In this document: piece after piece, positions 55,296 through 63,918 of the stretch | How the letters are laid out: every line of letters starts with the position of its first letter | Numbering within the stretch: the stretch's first letter is position 1 | DNA from: a virus | DNA: 64,000 nucleotides | IMG/VR virus record: IMGVR_UViG_3300032298_000575 | Location: 6,005-70,004 of that record | Reading direction: 5' to 3' (one strand) | Notes under the pieces: model-generated | Databases searched by the model: none | Seen by the model: only the letters and a program-made list of their open reading frames with translations | Told to the model about the DNA's origin: nothing | Position numbers and translations under genes: made by a program

Positions 55296-56522
55296 ATGAA
55301 AATCGAAATTACTGACACCCGAAACGAGGGCGTTGTCGTCCGGCTCAATGGGGCCAAGGCGCACATCGCCAAGGTCCGCAATGGAGCTTACCGCCAGTTC
55401 CTCATCCGCTGGAAGGTAGGGCGGAAGACGATGAGGCGCGTCTTTGCCAAACGCGACAAAGCGATAGAGGAGGCTCAAAGGATCGTCACTGACTTGGCCA
55501 GCGCCCTCGGCGAGAGAACTACAATTCATCCGGAGGATAATCTATTCCTTCGCGAGTGCTTACGCAAAGCGGGCGGCAAAAGTCGCCTACTCGAAGCCGT
55601 GGAACAATACGTCGCCAAGAACCCGATCGGGGCTGGTCGGAGGACAGTAAAAGAAGTGTCGGTCGAATTCGTCGAAGCGATGCGGGAGCGACAGAAATTG
55701 AAGGGGCTCTCGAAGTCCTACCTCAACGGGCTCTCGACCGATTCAAACCACATCCGGCGCTGGATCGGACACCGACAACTTAACAGTGTGACCCATGAGG
55801 AGTTCCAGGGCTACATCAGCAAGGGCGAGTGGTCGCCATTCACTTACCGCAATCTGGTGCGCCATTGGCAGATGATGGAAAAGTTCGCCAAGAAAAAAGG
55901 CTACCTCGGTAAGGACGCCGACTCCATCACCGCGGACCTGGCTCTCCCCTCCCTCGACCGCAGAGTGGTGCCGACCTTCAAGCCTTGGGAGCTTATGCAC
56001 CTCCTCTTGATCGCCAAGCCGGACGAGATCCCCTACATCGCGACGATGGCATTCGCCGGTTCGCGTCGGGCAGAGTTCCAGCGGATGACGGCGGCTCAAC
56101 TCAAGTTCGATGAGCATCATGCGGTCATCGATGAGACGATCGCCAAGACTGCGGCTCGCCGGACTTTGGACATCACCGACCAGATGAAAGCCTGGCTCGC
56201 AGTCGCCGAGATCCCCAAGGAGGGTCGCCTGACCAGCCACCGCCGGGTGGCGGCACTGAGCCGCAACAAGGCTCGGCTCTCAGCCGTCGGGGTTGAGTGG
56301 AAGAACAATGTGCTCCGGCACTCGTTCTGCACCTACCACTATGCTAAATACCGCAACGCCAACGAGACCTCCTACCTCGCGGGTAACAGCCCGAAGACCC
56401 TGCAAAAGCACTACCGCGGCCTCGTAACCACGGCGGAAGCTGACGAATGGTTTAATATCACACCGATAGTGGTGCGGGCTTACGCGGAAGAAAACGGCTT
56501 GTCCTCTTTAATAAAGTGGTGA
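55296..56522 (+). CDS. int: Tyrosine recombinase / integrase
   Basis: FAGSRRAE (R), AKT (K), NVLRHSF (R), AGNS, KHY (Y). Confidence 0.9.
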   Translation: MKIEITDTRNEGVVVRLNGAKAHIAKVRNGAYRQFLIRWKVGRKTMRRVFAKRDKAIEEAQRIVTDLASALGERTTIHPEDNLFLRECLRKAGGKSRLLEAVEQYVAKNPIGAGRRTVKEVSVEFVEAMRERQKLKGLSKSYLNGLSTDSNHIRRWIGHRQLNSVTHEEFQGYISKGEWSPFTYRNLVRHWQMMEKFAKKKGYLGKDADSITADLALPSLDRRVVPTFKPWELMHLLLIAKPDEIPYIATMAFAGSRRAEFQRMTAAQLKFDEHHAVIDETIAKTAARRTLDITDQMKAWLAVAEIPKEGRLTSHRRVAALSRNKARLSAVGVEWKNNVLRHSFCTYHYAKYRNANETSYLAGNSPKTLQKHYRGLVTTAEADEWFNITPIVVRAYAEENGLSSLIKW

Positions 56523-56575
56523 ACAACCACGCATGTTCGTTGTCGAACATAGAGAAAGAAAGAACCCAAATAACC

Positions 56576-56881
56576 ATGAGCACAACAAAACACGGTCGTC
56601 TGAAGGCCGGAACTGAACGAGTGAGCTACGTAGAGAGTAAAATGACCTCCTCTGCCCTGCGCCTTTTGGCCGCAGCCAAGCAGACGAATGTCAGTTCACT
56701 CATCCGCGAAGCGACCTCCGCCTACATAACCTCGGAAGACAAAGACGGGACGCTGTCCCGCGTTGCCGAGGAGTTAGCCGTCTACAAGGCCGACACCAAG
56801 GAAGAACGCGCTGCCGACAGCCTCGATCCACAAATGCAAAAAACCATTGCTGCCCTGCTCCGGAAACACCGGAACGGGTGA
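56576..56881 (+). CDS. Ribbon-helix-helix-like regulator
   Basis: RVSY...LRLLAAAKQTNVSSLIREA. Confidence 0.55.
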   Translation: MSTTKHGRLKAGTERVSYVESKMTSSALRLLAAAKQTNVSSLIREATSAYITSEDKDGTLSRVAEELAVYKADTKEERAADSLDPQMQKTIAALLRKHRNG

Positions 56882-56887
56882 CGCGGT

Positions 56888-56919
56888 GCCGCGGGGTTCA
56901 TTCCCCGCGGCTTCTTTTT
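56888..56919 (+). terminator. Intrinsic terminator
   Basis: GCCGCGGGG-TTCATT-CCCCGCGGC-TTCTTTTT. Confidence 0.85.
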
Positions 56920-57029
56920 GACCACAAGTAATAGGCACATACCCATACCCTACCACTACATATATTTGCTCACATACCAACAAAGGAAACACCAACATAA
57001 ACATAAAACACCGTAAGAAAGCCCAAGTG

Positions 57030-57197
57030 ATGACAATCCACCTCACCGAAACCGCCAAGCACGAACTCGAACAGACCGCCCATCACTGTTCGATCCCCCC
57101 GGAGAAACTTGCCTCCCTATTTGTCGAAGACGGGTTAAGGAGTTATCGTGACTCTCGTGACGAACTCCGAGACTCCATTGACCACGAAGATAGCTAA
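57030..57197 (+). CDS. Small RHH-like protein (55 aa)
   Basis: MTIHLTETAKHELEQTA...PEKLASLFVEDGL; below the cutoff. Confidence 0.5.
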   Translation: MTIHLTETAKHELEQTAHHCSIPPEKLASLFVEDGLRSYRDSRDELRDSIDHEDS

Positions 57198-57336
57198 CCT
57201 TCGCAACCCGAAGTTGATCCGCTCATTCGCCAGCGACCCCGAACTTGAAGACCGGCTAAAAGCTGAGTCCGAAAGTTCGGGGCGCTCGATGAGCGCAGTC
57301 ATCCGGCTGGCTCTTCGGAAATTCTTCGGGCTGTAG
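57148..57336 (+). CDS. CopG/RHH-like regulator
   Basis: ELEDRLKAESESSGRSMSAVIRLAL; start uncertain. Confidence 0.6.
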   Translation: MTLVTNSETPLTTKIANLRNPKLIRSFASDPELEDRLKAESESSGRSMSAVIRLALRKFFGL

Positions 57337-57349
57337 TAATAACACCATA

Positions 57350-57637
57350 ATGACTTCGATGATCTTGGAGTGCGAGTCCTTCACTGCGACTCCGCTCGAA
57401 AGTGGGAAGCTGCGCCTGGAGATCAAGGCTCCGGTCGAGCGGCCCAAAGAAACACTCGGCCCTCGCGAAGCGGCTGAGAGGTTAAGCACCATCTTCGGCA
57501 AGCCGGTGCAGAAGCACTCGCTCGGATATTGGCGAGCACGCGGTCTCCCCTACACCCAAGTTGGCGACCGGAAATTTATCTACCACGAGGTCGCGATCAC
57601 TCGATGGGCGCAAGGACTGGGAGCTTCGATTCTATGA
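57350..57637 (+). CDS. Excisionase-like winged-helix protein
   Basis: LGPREAAE...LGYWRARGLPY..VG.RK..Y. Confidence 0.6.
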   Translation: MTSMILECESFTATPLESGKLRLEIKAPVERPKETLGPREAAERLSTIFGKPVQKHSLGYWRARGLPYTQVGDRKFIYHEVAITRWAQGLGASIL

Positions 57638-58101
57638 ACTCCAGGCAAAAAGGAAAACGGGTCGAGCGCCTTTGGCGCGATCAACTTCGCGAGGCAGGAT
57701 TCCTCAAGTCGTTCCGCGGTCAGCAATACTGCGGTGCGGCCGGCAATGCCGACGTAGTTTGTCCTGAGTTGCCGTCGTTGCACTTCGAAGTGAAAGGCGT
57801 GCAGAACTTGAACGTCTTGGCTGCGATGAAGCAGGCGATCAATGACGCTGGAAAGAAAACTCCGGTTGTCACGCACAAGAAAAACGGCGAGCCGTGGTTG
57901 GTCACGATGCTCGCCGCTGATTGGCTGCGTCTGGTGAAAGATTCGGATTGGGTCAGTCCAGCAGACTCCCCAGCAACTCCCGATTCTGTGCCTCCCGACG
58001 TTCAGCCCGCCGTTCTCTATTCGACCGGATTCGTTCCATCACCGCGTCTGATTGATCGGACGAGTAGTAGTAGCGATTGCCCTGTTTCTGAACATACGTG
58101 A
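57634..58101 (+). CDS. Holliday junction resolvase-like PD-(D/E)XK nuclease
   Basis: MNSRQKGKR.ER, RGQQ, ADV, HFEVK; C-terminal tail overlaps an antisense gene. Confidence 0.75.
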   Translation: MNSRQKGKRVERLWRDQLREAGFLKSFRGQQYCGAAGNADVVCPELPSLHFEVKGVQNLNVLAAMKQAINDAGKKTPVVTHKKNGEPWLVTMLAADWLRLVKDSDWVSPADSPATPDSVPPDVQPAVLYSTGFVPSPRLIDRTSSSSDCPVSEHT

Positions 58102-58204
58102 TCCCGTTCGGAGTATTCAGGTCGATCACGTAAAAGTTCCTGTCGCCAGCTAATGCGGTTCCCGTAAGGAGACCCGCCACAAGTATCGAGTTAATAATTT
58201 TCAT
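57953..58204 (-). CDS. Small secreted protein (antisense moron)
   Basis: MKIINSILVAGLLTGTALA signal peptide with an ALA cleavage site. Confidence 0.6.
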   Translation of the reverse strand: MKIINSILVAGLLTGTALAGDRNFYVIDLNTPNGITYVQKQGNRYYYSSDQSDAVMERIRSNRERRAERREAQNRELLGSLLD

Positions 58205-58222
58205 ACGCTTTAATAGACATTT

Positions 58223-59926
58223 ATGATAACTGGAGCGTTCAAACTTTTCCCATATCAAGAGAAAGCCGTCGAACGGCACCTGAAGATCCTCGACTCGGTC
58301 GGGGCCAGCCTGGACGGGACCGGGTGCGGTGGCGGGAAAACGGTCATCGCGAGTGCCCTTGCTGCACGATATGCGTTAAAAGTGTGCGTTGTATGTCCTA
58401 AATCGGTGATTTTCAAATGGACAGAAACCCTGTCCAGCTTCGGGGTGAACCCCCTATTTGTCCTTAATCCCGAAAAGTTACGGGTCGGGAACACGCCCTG
58501 GCTCAAAAAGATCCCGAACGGGGGTAGCAGTAAGCGTTCTACAGAGACAGGGGGGAAAACGTCGTCCCGAAAAGGTATAAAGTTCGAATGGCAGCTTCCC
58601 GAGCGGTGTCTTCTCATCTTCGACGAGGCCCACATGTTCGGGGCCTACAACTCCCAGAACGGGAAGATGCTCGAAGCTGCCGCAGGGAATCATGCTGTCT
58701 TGATGCTCTCGGCGACGGCCGCGGAGTCCCCCCTCAAGATGAAGGCGATCGGAGTCAATCTGCGGCTGTTCACGGGCGGCTACTTTTGGAAGTGGGTGCG
58801 CGAGATGGGGGCCGAAGAAGGGCGCTGGGGCGGTCTTGAGTGGAATCCTCGCCGGCCAGAGAACAAAGAGAAGATGGAGCGGCTCCACCATTCGGTATTC
58901 ACGAACCGCGGATATCGGGTGTCCGAGGAGGAGCTACGTGAACAACTCCCCGACCTCATGCTCTCGGACGAGCCCCTGTGGCTCTCAGATAAAGACCGCG
59001 CTACTGTAAAGGCGCTTTATGACGAAATGGCTGATCCAGAAGATCCGGGCGGTGTTAAAAACCTCCGGCAGCGCCAAGCCCTTGAAACGGTCAAAGTCGC
59101 GTATCTGGTGGAGCGTGCCCAGGAGATCGTCAAATCAGGCGGGTCGGTGGTCCTCTTCCTAAATTTCCATGAATCCATCGACCAAGCACGGAAACTCCTC
59201 GAAGACGCGGGTGTCATCGATGGACGGGAAACCTCGAAAGCCAGAGCGGAAACCCAACGCCGGTTCCAAGAAAACGAACTCCGCTGTGTCATTGTCCAGA
59301 TCGCGGCGGGCGGACAATCCATCGATTTACACGACGTGGTCGGAGAGTTCCCACGTGTTGCACTTATTTGTCCGCAATTCTCCGGCCTCGTGGAGGAGCA
59401 GGCTCTTGGACGGATACGACGGGTCGGGGCCAAGTCTCGCGCACTCGCTCTAAGGCTCTACGCACCAGGCACCGTGGAGCAGGGAGCCCTCAAGCTGACC
59501 GAGGAGAAAAGGGAAAATGTAGGAATTTTGAATGCAGGAAAAAATAATTTGAACAATGGGGTGGTTACCCCGGTCTCATCTTCCATGCAGGTAATAACGC
59601 CGCAAGAGCATAACACGGAGCACAGCGAACATTCGCCAAGCTCTTTGAAGGAGAAAGCCAAATGCCCCGGATTCCGAAACGACCAGACTCGCGACAACAC
59701 CGCGGCCAACCGCGGAACTCTCGGCCACCTTGCGGTGGAGAAAGAGAACCTCGACGTGATTCCGCCGGACGATCCGAAGCTGCGCGAGGCGGCGGATATG
59801 TGTCTGAAGTATCTCGCAGCATTAAGGAAACCCCTCGTCGGCGCTCGGGAGCTTCGGGAGCAGCGTTACAACGTCCTCGATCAGTTCGGGCACATCGACC
59901 ACATCATCCTCCACGACACTAAATGA
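58223..59926 (+). CDS. SF2 helicase fused to the N-terminal half of a Cas4/DUF2800-like nuclease
   Basis: GGGKT, DEAH, SAT, QALGRIRR; then HSPSSL....CPG, AANRGTLGH, GHID. Confidence 0.8.
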   Translation: MITGAFKLFPYQEKAVERHLKILDSVGASLDGTGCGGGKTVIASALAARYALKVCVVCPKSVIFKWTETLSSFGVNPLFVLNPEKLRVGNTPWLKKIPNGGSSKRSTETGGKTSSRKGIKFEWQLPERCLLIFDEAHMFGAYNSQNGKMLEAAAGNHAVLMLSATAAESPLKMKAIGVNLRLFTGGYFWKWVREMGAEEGRWGGLEWNPRRPENKEKMERLHHSVFTNRGYRVSEEELREQLPDLMLSDEPLWLSDKDRATVKALYDEMADPEDPGGVKNLRQRQALETVKVAYLVERAQEIVKSGGSVVLFLNFHESIDQARKLLEDAGVIDGRETSKARAETQRRFQENELRCVIVQIAAGGQSIDLHDVVGEFPRVALICPQFSGLVEEQALGRIRRVGAKSRALALRLYAPGTVEQGALKLTEEKRENVGILNAGKNNLNNGVVTPVSSSMQVITPQEHNTEHSEHSPSSLKEKAKCPGFRNDQTRDNTAANRGTLGHLAVEKENLDVIPPDDPKLREAADMCLKYLAALRKPLVGARELREQRYNVLDQFGHIDHIILHDTK

Positions 59927-60687
59927 AAGCTGAACTCGTCGATTACAAATTTGCTTTCGGAGCCTACAGCGCGGATTCGCCGCAATTCTGGGCGTATACT
60001 GTTGGCCTTTGGGATGCTCATCCCGAGGTCGATGAGGTCACAGTTCATGTTCTTCTACCTTTCCAAGGGGTCATCGACCGCGAGACGTGGTCTCGGGAAA
60101 AAGACTATGACCGTCTCTCATCGAAGGTTGCGGCCATCATTGCCGCAGCGCGGCGCGATGACCCCTCGGACTATCTTACCGGGGCACACTGCGCTTGGTG
60201 CGCCCGCCAAGCCAGTTGCCCGAAACTTTCGTCTTTGGCTCTGACCATCGCGTCAGAATATAAGGCCGACGAATTGACCCTGCCGGCGCAATACGATCCG
60301 GCCAACATCTCAGACCCGCACGTTATTGCGTTCGCCAAGAAGGCGGCACCGATCATGCGGTCATGGGCCGACAAGGTCGATGCCCGCGCCTTAGAAATGC
60401 GGATGCAGGAAGGCATCGAAATTCCTGGGTTCGAACTCGCCGAGCGCAAGTCACCTTTCAAGATCACCAACGCCCAAGCCGCGTGGGAGACAGTCAAAGA
60501 TCAAATCACCCCCGAAGCCTTCGCCGCCTGCGCCGAGGTCAAGATCGGGGAACTGGAGAAAGCCATCGCCCGGACCGCCAAGCGCGGCGAGATGGCCCGA
60601 GCAAAAGAACATCTTCGTGACGCACTGGTGGATGCCGATGCGGCCAAGTCCGAGGGGACTTATCACTACCTGAAGAAAACCAAGTAA
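59923..60687 (+). CDS. C-terminal half of the Cas4/DUF2800-like PD-(D/E)XK exonuclease
   Basis: LVDYKF, QFWAY, GAHCAWCARQASC. Confidence 0.75.
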   Translation: MKAELVDYKFAFGAYSADSPQFWAYTVGLWDAHPEVDEVTVHVLLPFQGVIDRETWSREKDYDRLSSKVAAIIAAARRDDPSDYLTGAHCAWCARQASCPKLSSLALTIASEYKADELTLPAQYDPANISDPHVIAFAKKAAPIMRSWADKVDARALEMRMQEGIEIPGFELAERKSPFKITNAQAAWETVKDQITPEAFAACAEVKIGELEKAIARTAKRGEMARAKEHLRDALVDADAAKSEGTYHYLKKTK

Positions 60688-60704
60688 TAACACCATCAAT
60701 AATT

Positions 60705-61463
60705 ATGGGAAAAGTATCGTTTGAGGAAGCTGTTGAAGCTACAATCATCGAGGAAGCCGGCAGTAGAGCAGTCGCCGTGCGCCCCGAAGCACAGGTCGCC
60801 GTCATGGGCGATGATCCGAGTAAGGGAATCTATGGCGAATTCGGCGCGGAAGATATCCGACTGCCCCGCCTCAACCTCGTCAACAAAGTCGGCGATCTGT
60901 CGAACTTGTTCACGCCGGGCACTTATGTTCTCAACAAAGAACACCAGATCAACGACATCGATCCGAAGAACAAGGGCGCGGCCGTTCCGCTCAAAGTCAT
61001 CGCCGTTCGTCTGAAGGTCGAATACCAAGAGTCGCTGCCCTACGATCCGGACGTTCGTCCCCGCGTCTTCCAGACGGCCGAGGAAGTTCGGCTGGCCGGT
61101 GGTCGCGTCGATTACGGTCGCAAGGAAGGCATCTTCGCCAAGGTCGGTCACATCGAGTTTCTCATTCAGGAACCCGAGACACTGAGCGAGGAAGCGGCTA
61201 CGACGTTCTTCTACGTCCTCGGCGAGAAACGCTACGCTCGCGTGATCTACACCGCTTCGTCGACTGCTTACGCGGAGACTGCGGCGATCCTCTACAACGA
61301 CTTCAAAGTCGGTCACCTGAACAAGACGGGCCTCTTCGGCGGCTTCTACTCGCTCGGGTCGAAGCTGAAGACCGGAGACAAAGGCACCTGGTGGATTCCG
61401 TCGATGAAGACGGCCGGTGAAGTTCCCGCGGAACTCCAAGCTGAGATCAAAGGACTCCTGTAA
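60705..61463 (+). CDS. Putative single-stranded DNA-binding protein
   Basis: EDIRLPRLNL motif, follows the nuclease in the replication module. Confidence 0.55.
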   Translation: MGKVSFEEAVEATIIEEAGSRAVAVRPEAQVAVMGDDPSKGIYGEFGAEDIRLPRLNLVNKVGDLSNLFTPGTYVLNKEHQINDIDPKNKGAAVPLKVIAVRLKVEYQESLPYDPDVRPRVFQTAEEVRLAGGRVDYGRKEGIFAKVGHIEFLIQEPETLSEEAATTFFYVLGEKRYARVIYTASSTAYAETAAILYNDFKVGHLNKTGLFGGFYSLGSKLKTGDKGTWWIPSMKTAGEVPAELQAEIKGLL

Positions 61464-61651
61464 TGGGCTTCCAAAATCTCCGCTTCCGCGATCCGGAGGG
61501 ACTTGAGTCCAACGGCTACAGCCGACTCGCCGGTCCCTACAACCAGAAGGAAGAAGCCATGTTCGACCGGCTGATCGCCGACGCGAAGAAGGCAAACAAG
61601 ACTGTCGCTTTCAGCGGTTCATCGGACCGCGTGGAAGTCTGGCAGAAGTAG
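61463..61651 (+). CDS. Hypothetical protein
   Basis: TAATG overlap. Confidence 0.6.
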   Translation: MGFQNLRFRDPEGLESNGYSRLAGPYNQKEEAMFDRLIADAKKANKTVAFSGSSDRVEVWQK

Positions 61652-61657
61652 CAACTT

Positions 61658-61718
61658 TCTCCGGTGGGGGGTTTTCGGCCGGGTTTTCACGGCCACGGGT
61701 TCTTCCTCCCACCGGAGA
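61658..61718 (+). other. Long intergenic stem-loop
   Basis: TCTCCGGTGGGGGG...CCTCCCACCGGAGA with an inner GGCCG/CGGCC helix. Confidence 0.6.
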
Positions 61719-61732
61719 CCACTTTCAAAATT

Positions 61733-62059
61733 ATGGATACTAATACTGAAGTTCTAACTTATATCGAAAAAACGGCCGAAGCTCTCGGCATCCAGACCGA
61801 GATGGGGCGTAAAGCATTCCGGTCCTTCTGTGAGGCTGCTGTTCTCCTCGACTCCAAGCAGCGCGACTACGGTAGCGCAAACATCTCCTCGTTCGGGGAG
61901 CGGGGCATCGTCGTCCGCATGAACGACAAGGTCGAGCGGCTCAAGACGCTCGTCTGGAATGGCGCGTCACCGGAACATGAGAAGGTTTCTGACACTTGGT
62001 TGGATATCGCCAACTACGGGATCATTGGTCTTCTCTGCCACCGTCAGGAGTGGAAATGA
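61733..62059 (+). CDS. DUF1599 / nucleotide-modification-associated (MazG-like) protein
   Basis: KQRDYG..NI, GIVVRMNDKVERL, DTWLDIANYG. Confidence 0.75.
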   Translation: MDTNTEVLTYIEKTAEALGIQTEMGRKAFRSFCEAAVLLDSKQRDYGSANISSFGERGIVVRMNDKVERLKTLVWNGASPEHEKVSDTWLDIANYGIIGLLCHRQEWK

Positions 62060-62250
62060 CCGCTCGTCGATTCTGTTCCGCACTGGCGATGGCTGTCACC
62101 GCAGCCGTGGTTGTTGGATTCGGCACTGCCTACCTGGAGATGCAGAAGCGCCACGCGATGTCGGATGAACTGGCTCAATGGGAGTTGCGTGAGTGGAAGG
62201 AAAATCTGCTCACCGAGCGCCAACGCGAATTCATCGGAGGAAACAAATGA
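62056..62250 (+). CDS. Small membrane-anchored protein
   Basis: ATGA overlap, N-terminal hydrophobic helix. Confidence 0.5.
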   Translation: MTARRFCSALAMAVTAAVVVGFGTAYLEMQKRHAMSDELAQWELREWKENLLTERQREFIGGNK

Positions 62251-62332
62251 TCCCAATCGTCGGACTATTCGTCTCCTGGGTCGGTCTATTCGGATTTGGA
62301 GCGTGGCTCGCCGCCAAGGGAGGAGACGCTAA

Positions 62333-62605
62333 ATGAGAACCTACACCGTCGTTATCGACGAGGACGTTCCTCTCGCAGACAAGAAACCCGGTGAACAGTC
62401 GCGGTATCAACACCCGCTCTCCTACCTGCTGGGCAATCTGAACGTCGGCGACTCGTTCATCTATCCGGCCTCGACCCATGAACGCTTCAACGGGCTGCGC
62501 TCGATCGCTCACGGCATCGGCCGGCGCGGCAAGATGAAGTTCGCGACCCGAGTCGTCACCGATGGTGAAGGCGTGGATCGGCTTCGCTTCTGGAGGTTGA
62601 AATGA
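62333..62605 (+). CDS. Small DNA-binding-like protein
   Basis: LNVGDSF...KFATR...LRFWR pattern; GGAGG RBS. Confidence 0.65.
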   Translation: MRTYTVVIDEDVPLADKKPGEQSRYQHPLSYLLGNLNVGDSFIYPASTHERFNGLRSIAHGIGRRGKMKFATRVVTDGEGVDRLRFWRLK

Positions 62606-62727
62606 ACCCTGAAGGATTCTTTCTTGTCGGGATGGGCTTCGGGCTGCTGCTCGGCGGGCTCTCCACCTACGGAGCGATCTTCGCCTGGGCTATCAAACGC
62701 GGGAGGGAAGACGACGATGCCGAGTGA
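62602..62727 (+). CDS. Small membrane peptide (41 aa)
   Basis: FFLVGMGFGLLLGGL..., GGAGG RBS. Confidence 0.5.
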   Translation: MNPEGFFLVGMGFGLLLGGLSTYGAIFAWAIKRGREDDDAE

Positions 62728-62899
62728 TCCCGATCAAGACCGCGACGAGGCACAAGGCATGGACGCTGAAGAGGCTGGCTACTGGGCCAGACGCAGTGAC
62801 CCAATGGAAGAGTATTGCGAATACTGCGAAGGGTTCTACGGCGAGTGCGAGTGCGAAGAAAAGCGTGAAGCCTACCGCAAAGCGGAGGGGGAGGAATGA
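62717..62899 (+). CDS. Small acidic Cys-containing protein
   Basis: CEYC...CEC. Confidence 0.5.
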   Translation: MPSDPDQDRDEAQGMDAEEAGYWARRSDPMEEYCEYCEGFYGECECEEKREAYRKAEGEE

Positions 62900-62902
62900 G
62901 CA

Positions 62903-63121
62903 ATGAAACTAGACTTCATTTCCGGCTGTATGACGAAACGCGCTTACCCAACCGAGGAAAAAGCACGGTTTCGTGGGCAAGACACTTATCTCTGCCTGTT
63001 TTGCGGAAATTGGCACCGGACCACACCACCGGGGAAAAAGCGCCGATTCAACAAGGAACAAAGACAAAAGTATTATGAACGACGAATATTGCATCGGGCG
63101 CATCAACTTCGGACCGCGTGA
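62903..63121 (+). CDS. Small zinc-finger protein
   Basis: C..K..Y, Y.C.FCGNWH.T. Confidence 0.6.
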   Translation: MKLDFISGCMTKRAYPTEEKARFRGQDTYLCLFCGNWHRTTPPGKKRRFNKEQRQKYYERRILHRAHQLRTA

Positions 63122-63266
63122 CTCTTTTACAACGCTCGGACAACTGATCGACGAGATCGCTGCCCAAGAGGAACTAGTCGAAGACCTCTGCGTCTTCGCA
63201 GGGAATCAACTAACTGAAATGCTTTGGGCGCAAGACCACATGCCCGTGGAGGTTTACGAGCTATGA
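63075..63266 (+). CDS. Hypothetical acidic protein
   Basis: MNDEYCIG..., ATGA overlap with the next gene. Confidence 0.5.
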   Translation: MNDEYCIGRINFGPRDSFTTLGQLIDEIAAQEELVEDLCVFAGNQLTEMLWAQDHMPVEVYEL

Positions 63267-63733
63267 CTTTGCCGGGGAACAATCCGTCTGGGAGGGCGGA
63301 GCGCCAACCAGTCCTCTCCCGGCACCCCTCTGTCGCGATCGACTTTGAGTCCTACTACGACAAGGACATCTCGGTCACCACGATGGGCGCATGGAAGTAT
63401 GCTCGCGAAACCGACATCTATATGGTCGCGATGTATTTCGACGACGGGACTTGTTTCGTCGGTGCGCCGGTCGATGCCCCGTGGCTGCGCTGCCACAAGC
63501 GTGACTGGATCATGCACAACGCGGCCTTCGATCTGACGCTCTACGAGGCGCTCGCCGAGAAGAAATGGGTCACCCGCGTGGAGCCGCGCTACGTCTTCGA
63601 TACGGCCGACCTCGCCAGTTTTTTAAGCTACCCGCGCTCTCTCAAAGAAGCGGCCAAACATCTCCTCGGGATCGAGATGAGCAAGTCGACCCGAGACAAC
63701 ATGAAAGGAATGAAATGGACCAAGGACTCTTAA
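63263..63733 (+). CDS. N-terminal 3'-5' exonuclease portion of a family A DNA polymerase (truncated or split)
   Basis: ExoI AIDFESYY, ExoII HNAAFD, DT...PRSL; stops before ExoIII. Confidence 0.7.
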   Translation: MTLPGNNPSGRAERQPVLSRHPSVAIDFESYYDKDISVTTMGAWKYARETDIYMVAMYFDDGTCFVGAPVDAPWLRCHKRDWIMHNAAFDLTLYEALAEKKWVTRVEPRYVFDTADLASFLSYPRSLKEAAKHLLGIEMSKSTRDNMKGMKWTKDS

Positions 63734-63918
63734 AAGTATTCCAAGCCATCTCCGGATGGCGCACACCCGAAGAATTCGGCCACGAGAACGATGGCTATGT
63801 CACGTTCGAGGAAGACCGCAAAACCCACTGCCGTGCGGCTTTCTTCTGGAAACCGGACTACTCCCACGAGCATCTCAACGCGATGTGGCTGGGCGGGCAA
63901 ACATTTGTCAGACGATGA
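63715..63918 (+). CDS. Hypothetical protein
   Basis: MDQGLLKVF..., AAAGGA RBS, overlaps the end of the exonuclease ORF. Confidence 0.5.
   Translation: MDQGLLKVFQAISGWRTPEEFGHENDGYVTFEEDRKTHCRAAFFWKPDYSHEHLNAMWLGGQTFVRR

Noticed and set aside
59924-59926. Stop-codon reassignment (TGA read-through) explaining the split nuclease
   Set aside because: The continuation is in another frame, and TGA, TAG and TAA all serve as normal stops elsewhere, including many ATGA overlaps
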